Origin: Bugula neritina
Taxonomy: Eukaryota > Animalia > Bryozoa
Direction: 5' to 3'
Length of the DNA stretch: 64,000 nucleotides
Assembly: GCA_964035545.1 (NCBI GenBank)
Contig: OZ037769.1
Coordinates: 3,391,929-3,455,928, forward strand
This document shows positions 59,720 through 64,000 of this stretch, piece by piece. The translations under genes were made by a program, and so were the position numbers. A model generated the notes under the pieces. That model was given only the letters and a program-made list of their open reading frames with translations. It was not told the origin of the DNA and made no database searches. Position 1 is the first letter of the stretch. Each line of letters starts with the position of its first letter.

Positions 59720-62686
59720 TCAAGTTTTATATTGTTTTTCACTACTATTGGTAATATCACTAATAGCTGGAATGTCTTTTAAAATAGTGTCATTGTGATG
59801 AGATGGTGTAGAGATAGAGGCTTTGTGATTTGATGGTGCAGAGATAGAGGCTTTGTGATTGGATGGTGCAGAGATAGAGGCTTTGTGATTGGATGGTGCA
59901 GAGATAGAGGCTTTGTTGACGCTAATACTTAGTGGGTTGGAAGAAGGGAGAATTGTCCTACCACTCTTGGCTGATAGAATCGGCTTGCTGAGAGTCCATG
60001 ACTGTAAGCTTGTTGTTTTCACTGTATTTACCGTATTCTCTAATTTGATATCCTCTTTCAGTGATTCTAGCATCTTCTTTTGAATAACATTATCTATTAG
60101 CCATGCCAACTTCTTTTTCTTTCTCGCTGATGCGCTTTCCATGTGCCTTTGCGATGATTTGATTGGTTTGGGATTGGACGAATGAGGAGATTGCTTTTTT
60201 CGCCCCTTTTCCTCAGCAGAAAACTTGTCCATACGGGACTTTATTACAGCCGCTTTGACAATTTTTAGGAACTTAGAGGATGGCCTTGCGTTATTAAGTT
60301 GGTAAGTGCTGACAGCCATTGAGCTGTTGGCAGTTCGGCCATCAAAACCCGTCAGCCATGCGGAGTCCCTGGTGATTGGGTTTGAAAATCTGCAACATTA
60401 TCACATGTTGTATGTTTGAAGGATATCTGCAACTTTTATATTACCATTTATGCTTTTGCAAGTTTTATATGTAGAGCTTTTTAACACATCAAATAGTATA
60501 TTACTTGAAAAGATTAATAATAATAATTATCATAATGATTACATACAACAATTATATTTGTAAAAAGTTATAGAATTAAGCTTTTTGTATGTTCATAATT
60601 ATTTCAATAATTTCCAGTTCGCATAAGTTTTTATCTATATATTCTATATTATATACAATCAATATAATATACTGTTGACCTAATATAACAAATGCTACAA
60701 AGTACAACTATATGATGTAAACATATACATAATATTATTCAAACAAGCTATGTATTTAATATATGTATGATGTACGTACTATAAGATATGCAAAATATGA
60801 TATGTAATACGGTATATTATGTACATCATGTATTATATAATATGTAATATATGATCTATGTATATGGAGATATGTAATATATAATATAATATGTATATGG
60901 AGAGGTGTAATATATAATATATGTATATGAAGAGGTGTAATATATAATATATGTGTATGGAGAGATGTAATATATAATATATGTATATGGAGAGCTGTAA
61001 TATATAATATACGTATATGGAGAGCTGTAATAAATAATATATGTATATGGAGAGGTGTAATATATAATATACGTATATGGAGAGCTGTAATATATAACAT
61101 ATGCTGTATATGGAGAGGTGTAATATATAATATATGTATATGGAGAGGTGTAATATATAATATACGTATATGGAGAGCTGTAATATATAACATATGTATA
61201 TGGAGAGGTGTAATATGAATTCAAAAAGATATTTCTTACCCTCCACCTTTTTCCTTCTGCACCTTCACACATATAACTGCAAGAACTAGTAATCCTAAAG
61301 CAATACCTACAACACAGCGGTATTGTGTAATTAGTTCAACTGTGTATTTCAATATTTGATATTTACTACTTTAATATATAATATGGTATGCTATAAATAT
61401 ACCAAAACATGGCAAATTATATTATAGATTTTGTCATTACAAAATTATATAGCTAATAGGCAATTTTCTTTTATGAAAAATTGCTATAAAATTCCAAATG
61501 CCAATGGGCTATATAATAGAGAGTAAACTAATAATAAGTATATAAACGGAGGGAGTGCAATAAGCTAAAATTCAGCTGATGGTGGCAATTGGCTTCACAA
61601 CAATGCTTTCTTATATATGAATAAAGAAAAGACATTCAGTAAGTATAATATATAGCAAATATTATAACTCACTTATATAGGGTATAGCTTCTAGTATAAT
61701 AACTTACTTGTATACTATATTAACTCATATAACTTGCATATATAGATTATATAGTAAGTCATATAACTTGCATATATAGAGTATATAAAGCATATATTAT
61801 AGTTTACATGAAGTATACAGTATATAGTAACACATAATACAACTTATTTAGAGTATATTATAGTAACGCATTTAACTTACATAGACACGTGACCCCAGCT
61901 ATTACCATAGACACATGTATAAATTTGCCAGCTGTTAGACCTACAACTAGCATGGTGATCCCTGCAACAAGAAAGCCCAGAAATGGGAATAATGCCAGAA
62001 TAGTCAGTCCATATGTGTTGGTAAACTCATTTGACCCCTCCAGTCTCTGCAACATCACTTTAATGCATCAAATTCATGCATATTAACAATTATGGTAGCA
62101 TCTAGGCTTTGCAAAATAAATCTAAGACCCAAGTGCCTAAAAAGGAACATAAATTGATTGAAAAAGTGATATATAAAATAAATATATTTATTTGTCTAAT
62201 GAAAACGAACTAGAAGAATGATAAGTAGAACAAAAATGGCAACTTTAAGCTTACAAAGAGTATAACTTAATAGCACTTTGCATATTATATATAATATATA
62301 ATTATATAATATAATATATATATATATCATTTACATAGTGAAGATGAGTGTTATGTATAATAAATATAGTCAAACTGCGTATTTTGTATCATATATGTAG
62401 TCAAGCTGTGTATTATATATCATATATATAATATATATAATCATGCTGTGTATTATATGTCATATAACATGGTTGAGATGTGTATTATATATCATATAAC
62501 GTAGTAGAGATGTATATTATATATTATATGACGTAGTGGAGATGTGTATCATATAACGTAGTCGAGCTGTATATTATGGGTCATATAAATTTGGAATATG
62601 TGTTGATACTTACTTACCCATGACGGCATGATCTGCGACCAGATACTGGTTGTCTTAGCAAAGTTCACTGAAGGTTTGTAAACCAT
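59720..62686 (-). CDS. Orphan two-TM membrane protein with a long basic Ser/Lys-rich tail; exons 62618-62686, 61881-62046, 61240-61306, 59720-60389
   Basis: Four exons join in phase (0, 1, 2): MVYKPSVNFAKTTSIWSQIMPSW/RLEGSNEFTNTYGLTILALFPFLGFLVAGITMLVVGL...MVIAGVTCL/CIALGLLVLAVICVKVQKEKGG/GFSNPITRDSAW...EKQYKT*. Confidence 0.7.
60855..61216. repeat. 30-bp minisatellite GTATATGGAGAGGTGTAATATATAATATAT, next to a donor
   Basis: About 12 copies; source of the pseudo-ORFs at 60756-61272. Confidence 0.9.
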
Positions 62687-63169
62687 TATTAAACTCTCGA
62701 TATTTAAAAACAACATCAGCTTTAGTTTTAGTTTTTATTTTGCTCCAGTGATCAGAAGAAATATGATTATAAAAAAATCTGTACAATAATTTAAAGCTTT
62801 TTAAAATTGAGTGTTTTGAAAATAACATAAATTCTTAAAATTTAGTAGATTTTTGCTGGAAAATACTAAAATGAAACAATAAATTAAGAATTCAACAGTA
62901 CAGGTTGTTAAATTATAGTTGCCATATTTTGTTCTATTTTTAGCCATTATATAACTCCTGTAGATAGTTAACCTTATTCTAAAATATTATTTTTAATACC
63001 AATATTTAATACTCACTAAATTTCCCAAAACAAAAAATCGAAAACAAGTAGCACTTAAATTGAATTTTGTATCAAACAACTGAAAAATTTAAAGCAAAAT
63101 CCATCATAAATTATTATTTACAACATGAGTAGAAGTTAAAATATTATATATAAAAAAAACACACCAACA

Positions 63170-63364
63170 CTAGTTTATAGTCGCTATCCCTGTGAGAAAA
63201 CCCTGATGGAAAGGATTTTTGTTAAAGCTTATTTAGATGAGACACAGAAGCAATTATGACTGGATGCTCTTCCTAACATCACCAATGACCTTTGTCTGGG
63301 CTTGAACCCATGACCTTCGTGTTTACTAGGCAAATGCTCTAACCCCTAGACCACGGCTACTCTC
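63170..63364 (-). mobile_element. tRNA-derived SINE, same family as 29663
   Basis: Reverse complement reads GTAGCCGTGGTCTAGGGGTTAGAGC...GGGTTCAAGCCC...GGTGATGTTAGGAAGAGCATCCAGTC...GCGACTATAAAC. Confidence 0.85.
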
Positions 63365-63589
63365 TAAGAGTTAAAGGCTGCGTGAGAGTTGAAATATTAT
63401 TTATAGCTGATGCATAATTGAAATGTTTTGCTAAATTTGCAAATATAAAAAACCTAAAATAGAGATATTGATCTTAGACCAAAAAAAGATTGCACACTGC
63501 TAACATGCTCATAAAAAATGTCCATCTAGTTGAGTGGATAACTCCCCATGAGTCTAATACTTTGTATTTCTCAAATATTCTAAATATTA

Positions 63590-63843
63590 TCAGAATCTAC
63601 TTAACCCAAGATCATATTTTTTCTCAAAAACTATGAGTAGAATAATGGCAAGAGATATACCACCCAGTCCCCCTAAACCGTTAATCCAATTGAACGCTCT
63701 TTGGGAAAGTACACCTTGCTGAGAATTCCTATACAGAATTATCACAAAATTCAAAATGTTTGCGATGCCATCCATGAGATAGAAGAGTCCCATTGCACTA
63801 CCCTGCATAGCCCTAGAGGCAGAGATAAACGTCAGCTCATAGC
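63590..63843 (-). CDS. Last exon of an SLC15/POT-family (MFS) oligopeptide transporter-like gene
   Basis: GYELTFISASRAMQGSAMGLFY resembles the POT motif GLEFxYxxAPxSMxSxxxGLF and is followed by two TM segments. The gene continues beyond the window. Confidence 0.6.
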
Positions 63844-64000
63844 CTGTAATCAGAAATGACTGGATCAGTCTTTTCAAACTCTTTGATTAACAAACATTTG
63901 CATATTTATAGCTTTGACAAGATTATCTAGCTTTACTTTATATGTTATGTAATCGAAGCACATGCTAATACTACAAAAATGCAAGATTTGTAAGAAGATT

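Noticed and set aside
60756-61272. Tyr/Ile-rich ORFs
   Set aside because: 30-bp intronic minisatellite.

Overview
AT-rich, intron-rich metazoan DNA. It looks like an invertebrate, probably a lophotrochozoan, but the species cannot be determined from the sequence. I reconstructed the spliced genes by hand from GT-AG sites and reading frame: the 3' end of an unknown gene; AK6 (-); a membrane-anchored EHD/dynamin-like P-loop NTPase (+, head-to-head with AK6); two tandem paralogous four-TM genes (+); a stand-alone Schlafen/AlbA_2-domain gene (-); an SDR42E1-like 3-beta-HSD (+); tRNA-Val(AAC); a secreted berberine-bridge-enzyme-like FAD oxidase (+); PKA regulatory subunit type I (-); an orphan two-TM gene (-); and the last exon of an SLC15/POT-like transporter (-). 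Introns and intergenic DNA hold several MITEs (hAT, PIF/Harbinger, a CAC-ended element, a foldback), a tRNA-derived SINE family, two related solo-LTR-like segments and many minisatellites. The most unusual observations are: a 119-nt GC-rich hairpin inside an LTR-like segment between divergent genes; a compact Schlafen-like protein with an intact-looking nuclease triad; minisatellites that copy splice donors in frame, giving potential length-tunable isoforms; and hexamer-periodic tracts beside first exons. All protein assignments come from motif recognition only, with no database search.
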